Source: Rhizophagus irregularis
Taxonomy: Eukaryota
DNA: 64,000 bases
Reading direction: 5' to 3'
Assembly (NCBI RefSeq): GCF_026210795.1
Contig: NC_089433.1
Location: 1,488,001 to 1,552,000 of the forward strand
The position numbers and the translations under genes were made by a program. The notes below the pieces were generated by a model that worked only from the letters and a program-made list of their open reading frames with translations, was not told the DNA's origin and did not search any database. This document shows positions 11,801-25,000 of the stretch, piece after piece (within the stretch, counting starts at the first letter, position 1; each line of letters opens with the position of its first letter).

Positions 11801-14436
11801 AGAAGTGTTATTGATCTGATAAAATTCTTCAGTAATGGATAACATAAATTCCATGCCAGCTTTTGACGAGGAAATAAGAGTAGAGTCATCCATAAATACT
11901 AAATTATTAATCTTCAAATCAAGAGAAGGACTTGAAGAATCAATTAAAGACGGTGTAGAAAGAACATAAGGGTCCATCATCTCATTCTTCAGAATAGTAA
12001 GTAAGGGATCAATATAAATGACCCATAAAAGAGGAGAAATAACTTCGCCTTGGTCAATACCAATGCGAACCCTATAGGCAGGCGTAGATCCATGAGCAGT
12101 GAAAATGCGATTAGTGCGTTTCATAAAAAGTGAAAGGATAAACTTAACAGCAGAGGCTGGAAGACGTATACGTTCTAAGGCGAAACGTAACATCGTTAGA
12201 TCCACTGAATCAAAAGCTTTAGAAATATCTTGGGAAAGAATCCAAAGTGGGTTTTTGTTGATATCAGCATCATGGATAATAGATTCTAAAGTAATAATAG
12301 GGTCGCAGCAAGAACCTCCAGGAAGACCAGCGAAGTTACCACCTTTAAGGACATCATGTGAAGCCATAATGGTAGAAAGGCGATTATAAAAAAGTTTGAC
12401 AAGAGATTTCCTAATCATTTCAAGTAGGGTAATAGGGCGAGTATTTTTTAATTGACACTTCCATTCGTGAGGTTTGGGGATGGGAAAAACCATTGCTTGT
12501 AACCATAAGTCAGGAATATCAGCTTTGGAAAGGCATGCTTGAATTAAAATGAGGAGTAAAGCCGAGGTACAAGATCCGAGATGTTTGAGCATTTCATAGG
12601 TAATCATGGAAGGACCAGAGGCTTTACCGTTAGGAGTGGAAGAAACGGTGGATAACCATTCATCAAGGGTAGGGGGATTCATTAAAGAATCATAGATGGA
12701 GGAAGACACATCATCCATAGGTTGATAGGCAGAAGACCATCTATCAGGTAGTGTATCAATAGATACAGGAGGAGTGGACTTTATAGGTACAAAATTTTGG
12801 AAATGGTTAATAACAGCATCATCTATGTCCTTAGGATCAGTTAACAACTGAGGTTGAGTAGGATGGTCGATGAAGACACGGTCCAAAGTGATACGGCGAC
12901 GGGTGCGAGAAAGCGCTGAATCAATAAAGGAGGAAAGGTCAGTTTCAAAATTATTATTCCTATCATCCAAGTGAGCACGGATGGAGGAGTCTTGAAATTC
13001 TTTTTCTTGAAGTAAATGAAATCCCCGTAAGGATTTTGAAAGATTGGATAAATCATCAAGAAGTGACTTGAAATTATCTTGTCGACATGATGAAAGAGAA
13101 GAGGGCAGAATAGGAATGAAAGTAAAAACTTTCTTATATAATTGAAGAATGTTTTAAAGTCGATGCAAATGTATAGACCACTTATGTTCATGAGCAGCAG
13201 AATAAGTTAAAGGATATTTGCGCAATAGACGTATTGAATGCATTAGGCGATTTAAAAACCGATAATTTTGAGTTAAAATTTCCAGATCTTTAGGAACCTT
13301 AGGAGTATAATTATTGCCAACAGTAGGAGAAGGTAGAGTAGCGTTGGCGGATTTAAGGATTCGTGATTGAAGATATTCGCACATCTGATTGATATGCCAG
13401 GAGGAAAAAGTTGATGGTGAAACATCACATAAAGCATCAGCTTTATCAGCAAATTCCGTCCATTGAGTATCAGTTACAGAATCAAATTTGAAAACGTGAC
13501 GCATTTGGCGCTTAAGTTGACGAGCGCGAGCCAATTTGGTAGAGGCAAAAAGTAAAGACATATCATAATATGTAATGACAGGGTTGTGATCAGATGTGCA
13601 GATGTCTTGAGCATTAAAAATACAAGCAGTAAGAGCAAATCCTTTGAGAAGAGGGCAGGACCATACATAATCAACACGAGTAATGTGGTCATTGCGATGA
13701 AAAGGTACCTAAAGAGTCGGAAAGATTAATGGGTGTAAAATCTTCATAACCGTGAGAAAGGAGATGAAAAAGTAATCGGTGTATATGTTTTGAAGCAATT
13801 TGGGGTTGATTAAAATAAATAGGATAATATTTATCTAAATGCATATTAAAATCGCCACAAACAGCATGATAAAAACCAGCCTGTTTAGTAAGGATAAGTT
13901 GTTGAATAAGCAAATCAATAGTGTCAGTGCGCAAAACACTTTCAGCAGGGGGAGGAATATAAATAACAAATATACGCAATTTAACATTGCCTTTGAAGTA
14001 TAAATCAACAGAAAGCAGTCGTGAAGAATAGGATTTAAAATCTTGGACATGTGAAGCAAGAGAATTTTCTATAAAAAGGGAAACACCACCAGAAGAAAGA
14101 ATTTGTTTAGAAGTATCCAAATTCGAGGAAAACACAGTATAATTAGAAAGACGTTTGGATAAAAACTTCATTTGTTTGGGGTGGAGATGAGTATCAACGA
14201 TACCACCAAAGGAAATATGTTTTAAGGAAAAAAAAGAGGAAATTTCTTCCAATTTAGTCTGACCATACATTTTAAGGCCATTAACATTGAAGGAGGAAAT
14301 ATTAAATGAGTTAGGGATAGGAGAAGTGTTACTTAGAAGAAGAAAATAAAGATTCATGTGAAAAAATTTCAGTAACATTATCAGGGTTGGGAGGGTTTCG
14401 TACAAAGGTATCATAATTAAAATTATTGTCCGACAT
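8807..14436 (-). pseudogene. LINE A ORF2 (endonuclease, RT, RNase H, C-terminal Cys/His domain), disrupted
   Basis: ORF pieces with NVNGL/GDFN, QDISKAFDSV, GIDQGEVISP, FMDD, FTDGS..AEAAA..TDSQ..KVKAH. Confidence 0.93.
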
Positions 14437-14486
14437 TAAAACACAATGATAAAAACAGTCGGGGAGTTAAAATTTGAAGAAGAAAA

Positions 14487-16609
14487 TTAAACAGAAGAAG
14501 CTGAATCAGCTTGTTCCAGGGGAGCACCACCAATGGAGCTAATGAATTGTTTGATATGACCAGTGAGTTGGTCCAATTTACTTTCAATAACGACTCTACT
14601 ATTTTTGAGATCGTTAATTTCTTCTTGCGTGGAGGAGATAGGGGTAAAAGAAGGAGCATTTGGGGAAAGGTGAGAAGGAGGGGCGACGTGTTAGGAACAA
14701 GAATAGTAGGAGGCGGAGGTCACGTTAAAATACTTCTGGGGGTAAAGGAGATTTAGCGGAAGGCTGAATAATAAGCGGAACATGGGATACAGGAGCATCT
14801 TCTTGCATGAGATCCAAGTCAGGTTCATTAGGTGTAGAAAGCGGATCAAGGCCAAGGTGTGATTCAATACGAGTCATCCTTTGGTCAGCAAGTTCAAGAG
14901 CGGAAATGCGTTTGTGAAAATTAGCGACTTCGCATTGCAATTCACGTAAGAGATTTAAAATATTATTAGCATCATCAGAAGATAATGCAGAATTAGGAGT
15001 TTGTCGGGGCAAGGGACGTGCGGTAGAACGAGAAGAGGAAGAAAAAGAGACCGATCATTCTTTACTATTATGCCGAGCACGTTGGGAGGTATTGGGATTG
15101 TGTATGTTATGATTATTAACATTATTATTGCGGTCATAAGAACTGTTATTAGCACGTCCGGAATCATGAGTAGATCGATCTTTGGATTTTGAGCGAGATC
15201 GGGAGCGAGAACGTGTATTAGCAGCATTAGAGTTGGAGCGGCGAGGTTGATTGACATTAAATCGTTCTTTGAGTTTTGCTACAGGGTCGCGAGTGCGACT
15301 TCTACCTCTGGTTGATTTTAGTGGGCAAAAATTAGGAGCGCAACCTAATTTGCCACATCTGTGACAAAGTTTATTGGTATTATCTGGGGAGAACCAGAAA
15401 AGCACTTTGCCTTGGAAGCTGACAGTCTGTTCCATAGCAGCATCCATGGTTTCTTGGGAGTTGAAGGTGACGTAAGCCCATCTTTTGGGTTTGTAAGAAT
15501 TTAAAGAAAGTGGAACATTGACAGCCTTAGCGCCAAGGTCACGGGTAAGAGGAGCCAAGTTGATATCCTTAACATTGGGGGGAAGTTGAGTGAGGGTGGC
15601 AACGTATTGACGGCACGCAGCCTTTTGATCCACAGTATAGAAACACAGAGTAATTCTGAGGCAGGTGGAGAAACAGTACACGGCCCATTGGTCGGTAAAA
15701 TGAGCAATTGAATCGGCGTGATTATACACAATGCGGGCTTGCTGGACTTTGGCATTAGGCCTGGAGAAGAGGCGGCAAGACGTGATATTACCAAATTTTT
15801 TAAAATAAGCCATGAGGTTGTCTTTTTTAATGAAGAAAGGGATATTGGTAACTTGGATAGCCCGGAGATCTTCATTAGATCGGAGTTGGCGAGGGTCATG
15901 TGCATGAAAGATTAAGTCAGGGAATTCAGGATGAGTGGAACCAACGCACAAATCGCGTGCTTCAGCGGTATGGAAGTGGATAACGAGGCGTTTGGCTTCA
16001 CCAGAGCCAGTCGTACGTGCTTTTCCAGTAAACGGACTCGTAAGTTTCTAAAAAAAGGTTATTAACAGCCTCAATAAGGGCTTTGTTGGTAGGGAATTTC
16101 TTAAGAGATTCAGGGGCAGCATTCGGCGCAGCCGCAGCCTGAAAATCATCTCTGGTTATGGCGAGGGTCACCACTGGATCTGGAGTTTGATCGTTATCTG
16201 GAGCACCATTGGTATCCAAATTGGGTGACGCGTTAGGGGGTTGTTGCAAGTCTTTATTCGAAGGTGCATGCATGGACGCGTCCACATTTCCAGAAGACGC
16301 GACGTGACTGGGCGCAGTTGGCGCAGCAGATTTTTTCGGGGAGGAGGTCAAAGTATTTTCGCCAAAGATATTTTGTTGAGGAGAAGAGGAAGGTCCATCT
16401 ACTCCAACGTCAGCCGTCTGGTCATCGGCAACATAGTCTTCTTCCATAGAATTTTCGGTAATCGTACGATTACGTTTCTGCTGGACAGTATTTTCACCAT
16501 CGGAGCTTGAGTTATCAGAGTTATTATTATTTTTTCGTTCTTGACGGGAAGCTTTCCTACTGTTAGGGTTATGACTTTCACGGCCTCTCTTGGCATAGTT
16601 ACCAGACAT
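14487..16609 (-). pseudogene. LINE A ORF1 (gag-like: RRM-like region, zinc knuckle, RS-rich tract, coiled coil), disrupted
   Basis: IQVTNIPF..FKKFGNI and WAYVTF RNP-like motifs; CHRCGKLGCAPNFC; RSRSRSRSKS. Confidence 0.88.
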
Positions 16610-16763
16610 AGTAGAGGGCTTTGAATTGGGAATATATAAAATATAAAATTTTATTAGTAACTTGTATTATTTTTTTAAAAATAATAAAAAAATTATTTTC
16701 ATCGGAAATTTTCGTTTTTGAAAAATTCAGGAAAGAGTTCACTACTACTACTAGTCAAAAACC

Positions 16764-18170
16764 AGGCAAACGTGGCATAGTAGCCTTTATCTTTATTAAA
16801 TTTATTCGAACTTTACAATTTACAAAAAAATAAAAAGAAAATATAAAAATAAAACTAACTAAAAACAAAGCTATATAGTCTCCTAAGAAAAAATAAAGTA
16901 AAAAATTAATCTAAAAAAAGAAAAATCGCATTACACTAAATTTCCCCAGATCTTCCCCCTTGATATATTCCAACCAAAGTAGAAGCAACTATGCTAACAA
17001 AATAACGAATAGTGCGCCCACTATAGAAATCGACACTCCATCCTGCAAAAGCTGTTATTAAGTAGCACCGTTAGACGACCCATAAAACCCGAAAAGTGAT
17101 TAAACTAAGGCAAACCATATTTCATCGAGTTCTTCAACCAATCGGTACCGGAGTCACGTGAATCGTGTAGGGTCGGAGGTGGTAAAGATGAGTAAGGTAT
17201 GTACGTTGACAATGGCAAATTAGAAGGCTTCGGAGTAGTTTTCAACTTATAAGTAATATTCATCGCGTTTTCCCATCTATTTTTCTCATAAGAACGCGGA
17301 TTCCAAATTCGTTTTCTGAATTTTTGGACAAAATTATTATGAATAGCAGCGATAACCTTAATCGCAGAGATTCTTGGAATAGACAAATCGACTAAGATGT
17401 CAATAAAAAGTGTAGGTAAACAACCACGGACAAGGGCGTATGAGGACCAATTTGTAGAAGAAAAGGACCAGCATGAAAGAGAAGTGAGTTTAGCAATAAA
17501 GGGAGTAGGATCAATATTAGCCAATTTTCCAGCTTCCTGAATTTTAGAAATCAAATGATTTTGATAAGATTGGAGAATTTGTTGCATAGGTAGACGACGT
17601 TTTTTGCACATAAAAAGGTGCATCAGGTCCTTCCATGCGATCGATACAAGAACGGCAAGTTAATTCGTCCATGTATAAGTCTGGTCGATCCGCTTAAGCT
17701 TTTCCAATGTGGGTAAGTCGTCCAAGAAAAGTTTGAATTTAAAGGTTAAGTGTCTTGAAGCATCTTTTCGAGTAAAAAGATGCATCATGAGAAGGCTTGA
17801 AATTCAAAGTAAACCAAGTAAGTTCCCAGTCGACAATATATTCTATATTAGATAATAATAAAGAAATAAAGTGAAATCGCGTTAAATTTAACAAATCACG
17901 CATTAACTGCGTTTGATAATACTGTTTAAGAAGGTGTTGTGAATTAGATTCACAAACGACGTCATTGTCGTAAGTCAAGACGAAATCATGGGCAGAAGCA
18001 AGGTCCATTCCAGAAATCAAAATACTGGATGATGCGGTATGGGCAGTATTGGCCAGGGAGTCAGCAAAATCGTTCAAATAATTGCCAGAATGAGCTTTAA
18101 CTTTAACAGGAAGAACTGTCAAATTCTTGGTAAGGATTGTTCGTTCAATAATGGCCCAAAGCTCAAAATT
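16764..18170 (-). mobile_element. LINE copy B, 5'-truncated inside RNase H (~1.4 kb)
   Basis: Same 3' UTR as A; encodes NFELWAIIER..KVKAHSGN to the ORF2 end. Confidence 0.95.
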
Positions 18171-18463
18171 ACTAGTCAAAAACCAATATATCGGGTAGCA
18201 GACATGTATCAGATATGTACCCGATATGTGTAGTATTAATGCAGAAAATCGGGTACCCGATATGTGTAAGATATGTGTAAATATATATATCGTCTACATA
18301 TCATATACATATCATATACATATCGGTACCCGATATGTATATGATATATATATTTACATATATCTTACACATATCGGGTACCCGATTTTCTGCATTAATA
18401 CTACACATATCGGGTACATATCTGATACATATCTGCTACCCGATATATTGGTTTTTGACCAGT
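18171..18463. mobile_element. Palindromic CACTA/EnSpm-type MITE core
   Basis: ACTAGTCAAAAACCAATATATCGGGTAGCAGA ... TCTGCTACCCGATATATTGGTTTTTGACCAGT; >110-bp near-perfect inverted arms with repeated TATCGGGTA/TACCCGATA motifs. Confidence 0.92.
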
Positions 18464-19720
18464 ACTGATGATCGTACTTTCTCCCCCGTTGGGCTCTGCC
18501 CATTTTTTCCCATGAAGTTATGGATGAAAAATATGAGGATTTTTTGCCTTGAGTGATAGTAAAAGGACTTTTCGATGTTATATGAAGTTATTACCGAGGT
18601 CTTTAGTTTCGCCCGAACTCCTTACAGCTTATATTGAGTTAGGACCGTTATCATGAGTCTTGGAGTTACCAATATTACTGTAAGATGGCAGTTCCATACG
18701 AACGTTCCTCTGGGCTTTCTGAAAGGTTGAAAAGTAGTGCGTCTTGGTTCCTACGCCTTTAAAGTCTAACTGGCCGAGTGGTTCGCAGGCCGGACCGGTA
18801 TTTCTTGGAAGGAGCTCCTGACTAACGTATTTCTTGTTAGTTGATGTTGTTAACTGGGGAGTTAGTCTTCTAAAATAAGGAGACGGAGTTGAGGTGTATG
18901 TTTGGTGAATTTTACTCAGGTTTTTCTCATTGCACTTCGAGTTTTCCTGAGGTTTATGTCTTTATTTTTTGCTTTTTGTTTTTACTTGGTCGCTTTTTCG
19001 GTGTAACCTTATTTTCTTTGGGGGTGGGGGGATACTGGAAAATTTGATCGTCATGGTGGCTTGGTGTTACAATTTTAAAATCGATCATCATTGGGGTGAT
19101 AAGGGGGTGACAGGTTGGGTACCGCAGTTTTTGTAGTATGCCGATCATGGTGGTCACATGTTGGACTTTCATTGGATTGACTTATCTAGGTAGATCTTAG
19201 GTCGATGGATCGTTCGCAATGAGGTGGGTGTCCTCCGTTTGGGATCATTCGCAATGAGGTGGGTGTCCCCTCGGGGATTGCACGACACTAAAAAGTTCCC
19301 CATCGGCTGGACTGCACGACACTAAAAAGTTTCTGGAGGTCTTTGTGAAATAGGTTTGTTATCCATAGTATGTAGTCAAATAGGGGAAATTGAATTTTAT
19401 GTATTTCTGATAGTGCTAATGGTAGCTCGGAGGTTCTTTACCGATTCTAGGAGTGGGTACGGCGCTGGATGGGTTACGTATAGCATAGTCGACTTTACTC
19501 ATTTTGAGATATATTTGGGGGGAGTAGCCGTAGTTATTTAATATAGAGAGGGTGGGGTTTATAATCTTAGCTTTTCTTATTTGTAATTATTGGAAGATTA
19601 TTTGTTCTTTGTTTTTCTATTAGTTCTGCACTTGTTGCGGTGCTTTTTAGATTACTTTGTTTTCTCTAAAGTCACTTCGGCATTAATTAATAAAATTCAA
19701 GCTCAAGCTATGTTTACCTT
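18464..19720 (+). mobile_element. Element E: 1.26-kb retroposed insert of a different family sharing the LINE target and a similar 3' end
   Basis: Flanked on both sides by TGGTTTTTGACCAGTA; 3' end TTAATAAAA..AAGCTCAAGCTATGTTTACCTT resembles the LINE end TTAATAAAGATAAAGGCTACTATGCCACGTTTGCCT; no long ORF. Confidence 0.75.
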
Positions 19721-19876
19721 GGTTTTTGACCAGTAGTGACCAGTAGTAACTCTCTCCTGAATTTTTCAAAAACGAAAATTTCCGACGAAAATAATTTTTA
19801 TTATTTTTAAAAAAAATAATACAAGCTACTAATAAAATTTTATATTTTATATATTCCCAACTCAAAGCCCTCTACT

Positions 19877-22024
19877 ATGTTTGGTAACTATGCCAAGAGA
19901 GGCCGTGGAAGTCATAACCCTAACAGTAGGAAAGCTTCCCGTCAAGAACGAAAAAATAATAATAACTCTGATAACTCAAGCTCCGATAGTGATAACACTG
20001 TCCAGCAGAAACGTAATCGTACGATTACCGAAAATTCTATGGATGAAGACTACGTTGCCGATGACCAGACGGCTGACGTTGGAGTAGATGGACATTCCTC
20101 TTCTCCTCAACAAAATATCTCTGGCGAAAATACTTTGACCTCCTTCCCGAACAAATCTGCTGCGCCAACTGCGCCCAGTCACGTCACGTCTTCTGGAAAT
20201 GTGGATGCGTCCATACATGCACCTTCAAACAAAGACTTACAACAACCCCCTAACGCGTCGCCAAATTTGGATACCAACGGTGCTCCAGATGACGATCAAA
20301 CTCCTGATCCAGTGGTGACCCTCGCCATAACCAGAGATGATTTTCAGGCTGCGGCTGCGCCGAATGCTGCCCCTGAATCTCTTAAGAAATTCCCTACCAA
20401 CAAAGCCCTTATTGAGGCTGTTAATAACCTTTTTTAGAAACTTACGAGTCGTTTACTGGAAAAGCACGTATGACTGGCTCTGGCGAAGCCAAACGCCTCG
20501 TTATCCACTTCCATACCGCTGAAGCACGCGATTTGTGCATTGGTTCCACTCATCCTGAGTTCCCTGACTTAATCTTTCATGCACATGACCCTCACCAACT
20601 CCGATCCAATGAAGATCTCCAGGCTATCCAAGTTACCGATATCCCTTTCTTCATTAAAAAAGACAACCTCATGGCTTATTTTAAAAAATTTGGTAATATC
20701 ACGTCTTGCCGCCTTTTCTCCAGGCCTAATGCCAAAGTTCAGCAAGCCCGCATTGTGTATGATCACGCCGATTCGATTGCTCGTTTTACCGACCAATGGG
20801 CTGTGTATTGTTTCTCCACCTGCCTCAGAATTACTCCATGTTCTTATACTGTGGATCAAAAGGCTGCGCGCCGTCAATACGTTGCCACCCTCACCCAACT
20901 TCCCCCCAATGTTAAGGATATCAATTTGGCTCCCCTTACTCGTAGCCTTGGCGCTAAAGCTGTCAATGTACCGCTTTCTCTAAACTCTTACAAGCCCAAA
21001 AGATGGGCTTATGTCACTTTCAATTCCCAAGAAACCATGGATGCTGCTATGGAACAAACTGTCAGCTTCCAAGGAAAGGTACTTTTCTGGTTCTCCCCAG
21101 ATAATACCAATAAACTTTGTCACAGATAATACCAATAAACTTTGTAACAGATGTGGCAAATTAGGTTGCGCTCCAAATTTTTGCCCACTAAAACAAACCA
21201 GAGGTAGAAGTCACACTTGCGACCCTGTAGCAAAACTCAAAGAACGATTTAATATCAATCAACCTCGCCGCTCCAATTCTAATGCTGCTAATACACGTTC
21301 TTGCTCCCGATCTCACTCAAAATCCAAAGATCGATCTACTCATGATTCCGGTCGTGCTAATAACAGTTCCCACGACCGCAATAATAATGTTAATAATCAT
21401 AACATACACAATCCCAATACCTCTCAACGTGCCCGGCATAATAGTAAAGAATGATCGGTCTCTTTTTCTTCCTTTTCTCGTTCTACCGCACGTCCCTTGC
21501 CCCGACAAACTCCTAATTCTGCATTATCTTCTGATGATGCTAATAATATTTTAAATCTCTTACGTGAATTGCAATGCGAAGTCGCTAATTTTCACAAACG
21601 CATTTCCACTCTTGAACTTGCTGACCAAAGAATGACTCGTATTGAATCACACCTTGGCCTCGATCCGCTTTTTACACCTAATGAACCTGACTTGGATCTC
21701 ATGCAAGAAGATGCTCCTGTATCCCATGTTCCGCTTAATATTCAGCCTTCTGCTAAATCTCCCTTACCCCCCAGAAGTATTTTAACGCGACCTCCGCCTC
21801 CTACTATTCTTGTTCCTAACACGTCGCTTCCTCCTTCTCACCTTTCCCCAAATGCTCCTTCTTTTACTCCTATCTCCTCCACGCAAGAAGAAATTAACGA
21901 TCTCAAAAATAGTAGAGTCGTTATTGAAAGTAAATTGGATCAACTCACTGGTCATATTAAACAATTCATTAGCTCCATTGGTGGTGCTTCCCTGGAACAA
22001 GCTGATTCAGCTTCTTCTGTTTAA
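19877..22024 (+). pseudogene. LINE C ORF1, disrupted
   Basis: Four ORF pieces collinear with A ORF1; 25-bp duplication at 21098-21147 causes a frameshift. Confidence 0.88.
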
Positions 22025-22074
22025 TTTTCTTCTTCAAATTTTAACTCCCCGACTGTTTTTATCATTGTGTTTTA

Positions 22075-25000
22075 ATGTCGGACAATAATTTTAATTATGA
22101 CAACTTTGTACGAAACCCTCCCAACCCTGATAATGTTACTGAAATTTTTTCACATGAATCCTTATTTTCTTCTTCTAGTAACACTTCTCCTATCCCCAAC
22201 TCATTTAATATTTCCTCCTTTAATGTTAATGGCCTTAAAATGTATGGTCAGACTAAATTAGAAGAAATTTCCTCTTTTTTTTTCTTAAAACATATTTCCT
22301 TTGGTGGTATCATTGATACTCATCTCCACCCTAAACAAATGAAGTTTTTATCCAAACGTCTTTCTAATTATACTGTGTTTTTCTCGAATTTGGATACTTC
22401 TAAACAAATTCTTTCTTCTGGTGGTGTTTCCCTTTTTATAGAAAATTCTCTTGCTTCACATGTACAAGATTTTAAATCCTATTCTTCACGACTGCTTTCT
22501 GTAGATTTATATTTCAAAGGCAATGTTAAATTGCGTATATTTGTTATTTATATCCCTTCCCCTGCTGAAAGTGTTTTGCGCACTGACACTATTGATTTGC
22601 TTATTTAACAACTTATCCTTACTAAACAAGCTGGTTTTTATCATGCTGTTTGTGGCGATTTTAATATGCATTTAGATAAATATTATTCTATTTATTTTAA
22701 TCAACCCCAAATTGCTTCGAAACATATACACCGATTACTCTTTCATCTCCTTTCTCATGGTTATGAAGATTTTACACCTATTAATCTTTCCGACTCTTTA
22801 GGTACCTTTCATCGCAATGACCACATTACTTGTGTTGATTATGTATGGTCCTGCCCTCTTCTTAAAGGATTTGCTCTTACTGCTTGTATTTTTAATGCTC
22901 AAGACATCTGCACATCTGATCATAACCCTGTCATCACATATTATGATATGTCTTTACTTTTTGCCTCTACCAAATTGGCTCGTGCTCGTCAACTTAAGCG
23001 CCAAACCTGTCGCGTCTTCAAATTTGATTCTGTAACTGACACTCAATGGACGGAATTCGCTGACAAAGCTGATGCTTTATGTGATGTTTCATCTTCAACC
23101 TTTTCCTCCTGGCATATCAACCAAATGTGCGAATATCTTCAATCACGAATCCTCAAAGCTGCCAACGTTACTTTACCCTCTTCTATTGTTGGCAACAACT
23201 ATACTCCTAAAGTTCCTAAAGATCTGGAAATTTTAACACAACATTATCAGTTTTTAAATCGCCTAATGCATTCGATACGTCTTTTGCGCAAATATCCTTC
23301 AACTTATTCTGCTGCTCATGAACATAAGTGGTCTATACATTTGCATAGAATTCAAAATATTTTCCAATTATATAAGAAAGTTTTTACTTTCATCCCTATT
23401 TTGCCCTCTTCTCTTTCATTGTGTCGCCATGACAATTTCAAGTCACTTCTTGACGATTTATCCAATATTTCGAAATCCTTACGGGGATTTCACTTACTTC
23501 AAGAAAAAGAATTTCAAGACTCCTCTATTCGTGCTCATTTAGACGATAGAAATAATAATTTTGAGACTGACCTTTCCTCTTTTATCGATTCAGCGCTTTC
23601 TCGTACTCGTCGCCGCATCACTTTGGATCGTGTCTTCCTCGACCATCCTACTCAACCTCAGTTATTAACTGATCCCAAAGATGTAAATGATGCTGTTGTT
23701 AACCATTTCCAAAACTTTGTACCTATAAAGTCCACTCCTCCTGTATCCATCGATACATTACCTGATAGATGGTCTTCTGCCTACCAACCTATGGATGATG
23801 TGTCCTCCTCTATCTATGATTCTTTAATGAATCCCCCCACCCTTGACGAATGGTTATCCACCGTCTCTTCCACTCCTAACGGTAAAGCCTCTGGTCCTTC
23901 CATGATTACCTATGAAATGCTTAAACACCTTGGAACCCGTACCTCGGCTCTGCTCCTGATATTAATTCAAGCATGCCTCTCCAAAGCTGATATTCCTGAC
24001 TTATGGCGACAAGCAATGGTTTTTCCCATCCCTAAACCTCACGAATGGAAATGTCAATTAAAAAATACTCGCCCTATCACCTTACTTGAAGTGATTAGGA
24101 AATCTCTTGTCAAACTTTTCTATAATCGCCTGTCTACTATTATGGCTTCACATGATGTTCTAAAAGGTGGTAACTTCGCTGGTCTTCCTGGTGGTTCTTG
24201 TCGCGACCCTATCATTACTCTGGAATCTATTATCCATGATGCTGATGTCAACAAAAACCCACTTTGGATTCTTTCCCAAGATATCTCTAAAGCTTTTGAC
24301 TCGGTCGATCTGACAATGTTACGTTTTGCTTTAGAGCGTATACGTCTTCCAGCTTCCGCTGTTAAGTTTATCTTATCGCTTTTCATGAAACGCACTAATC
24401 GCGTTTTCACCGCTCATGGATCTACGCCTGCTTATAGGGTTCGCATTGGTATTGACCAAGGCGAAGTTATCTCTCCTCTTTTATGGGTTATTTATATTGA
24501 TCCCTTACTTACTGTTTTGAAAAATGAAATGATGGACCCTTATGTTCTTTCTACACCGTCTTTAATTGATTCTTCAAGTCCTTCTCTTGATTTGAAGATT
24601 AATAATTTAGTATTTATGGATGACTCTACTCTTATTTCCTCGTCAAAAGCTGGCATGGAATTTATGTTATCCATTACTGAAGAATTTTATCAGATCAATA
24701 ACACTTCTGCCAATCATAACAAATATGTGTTAATCACTAATTCGTTGCTTTTGACTTCGAATTCCACTTTACTCCCTATTACTTTTAACTTGGATTTATC
24801 CTCTTTAAATAGTGTTCCTTCTATTACTATTACCCCAATTTCCATGACAACTTCTTTTCGTTTTTTAGGTGTCTGGTTCAACATTAAAAGCTCCCGGGAT
24901 TTTGTCAAAAAGCAACTCAAACGTGAATGCTGCTTATTCGCAGCGACTATTCGCCCCGCAAAGCTCTCTTCCAAACAAGTTGTGTATTTACATAATGCTA

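Larger units (their letters stand above)
8551..16739 (-). mobile_element. LINE copy A, full length (~8.2 kb), non-LTR retrotransposon with APE-RT-RNase H
   Basis: Reverse complement aligns end to end with copy C; 5' end AACTCTTTCCTGAATTTTTC; 3' end GCCATGTTTGCCT; no poly(A). Confidence 0.95.

Noticed and set aside
18226..18556. ORFs across the MITE core
   Set aside because: Products of palindromic repeat sequence
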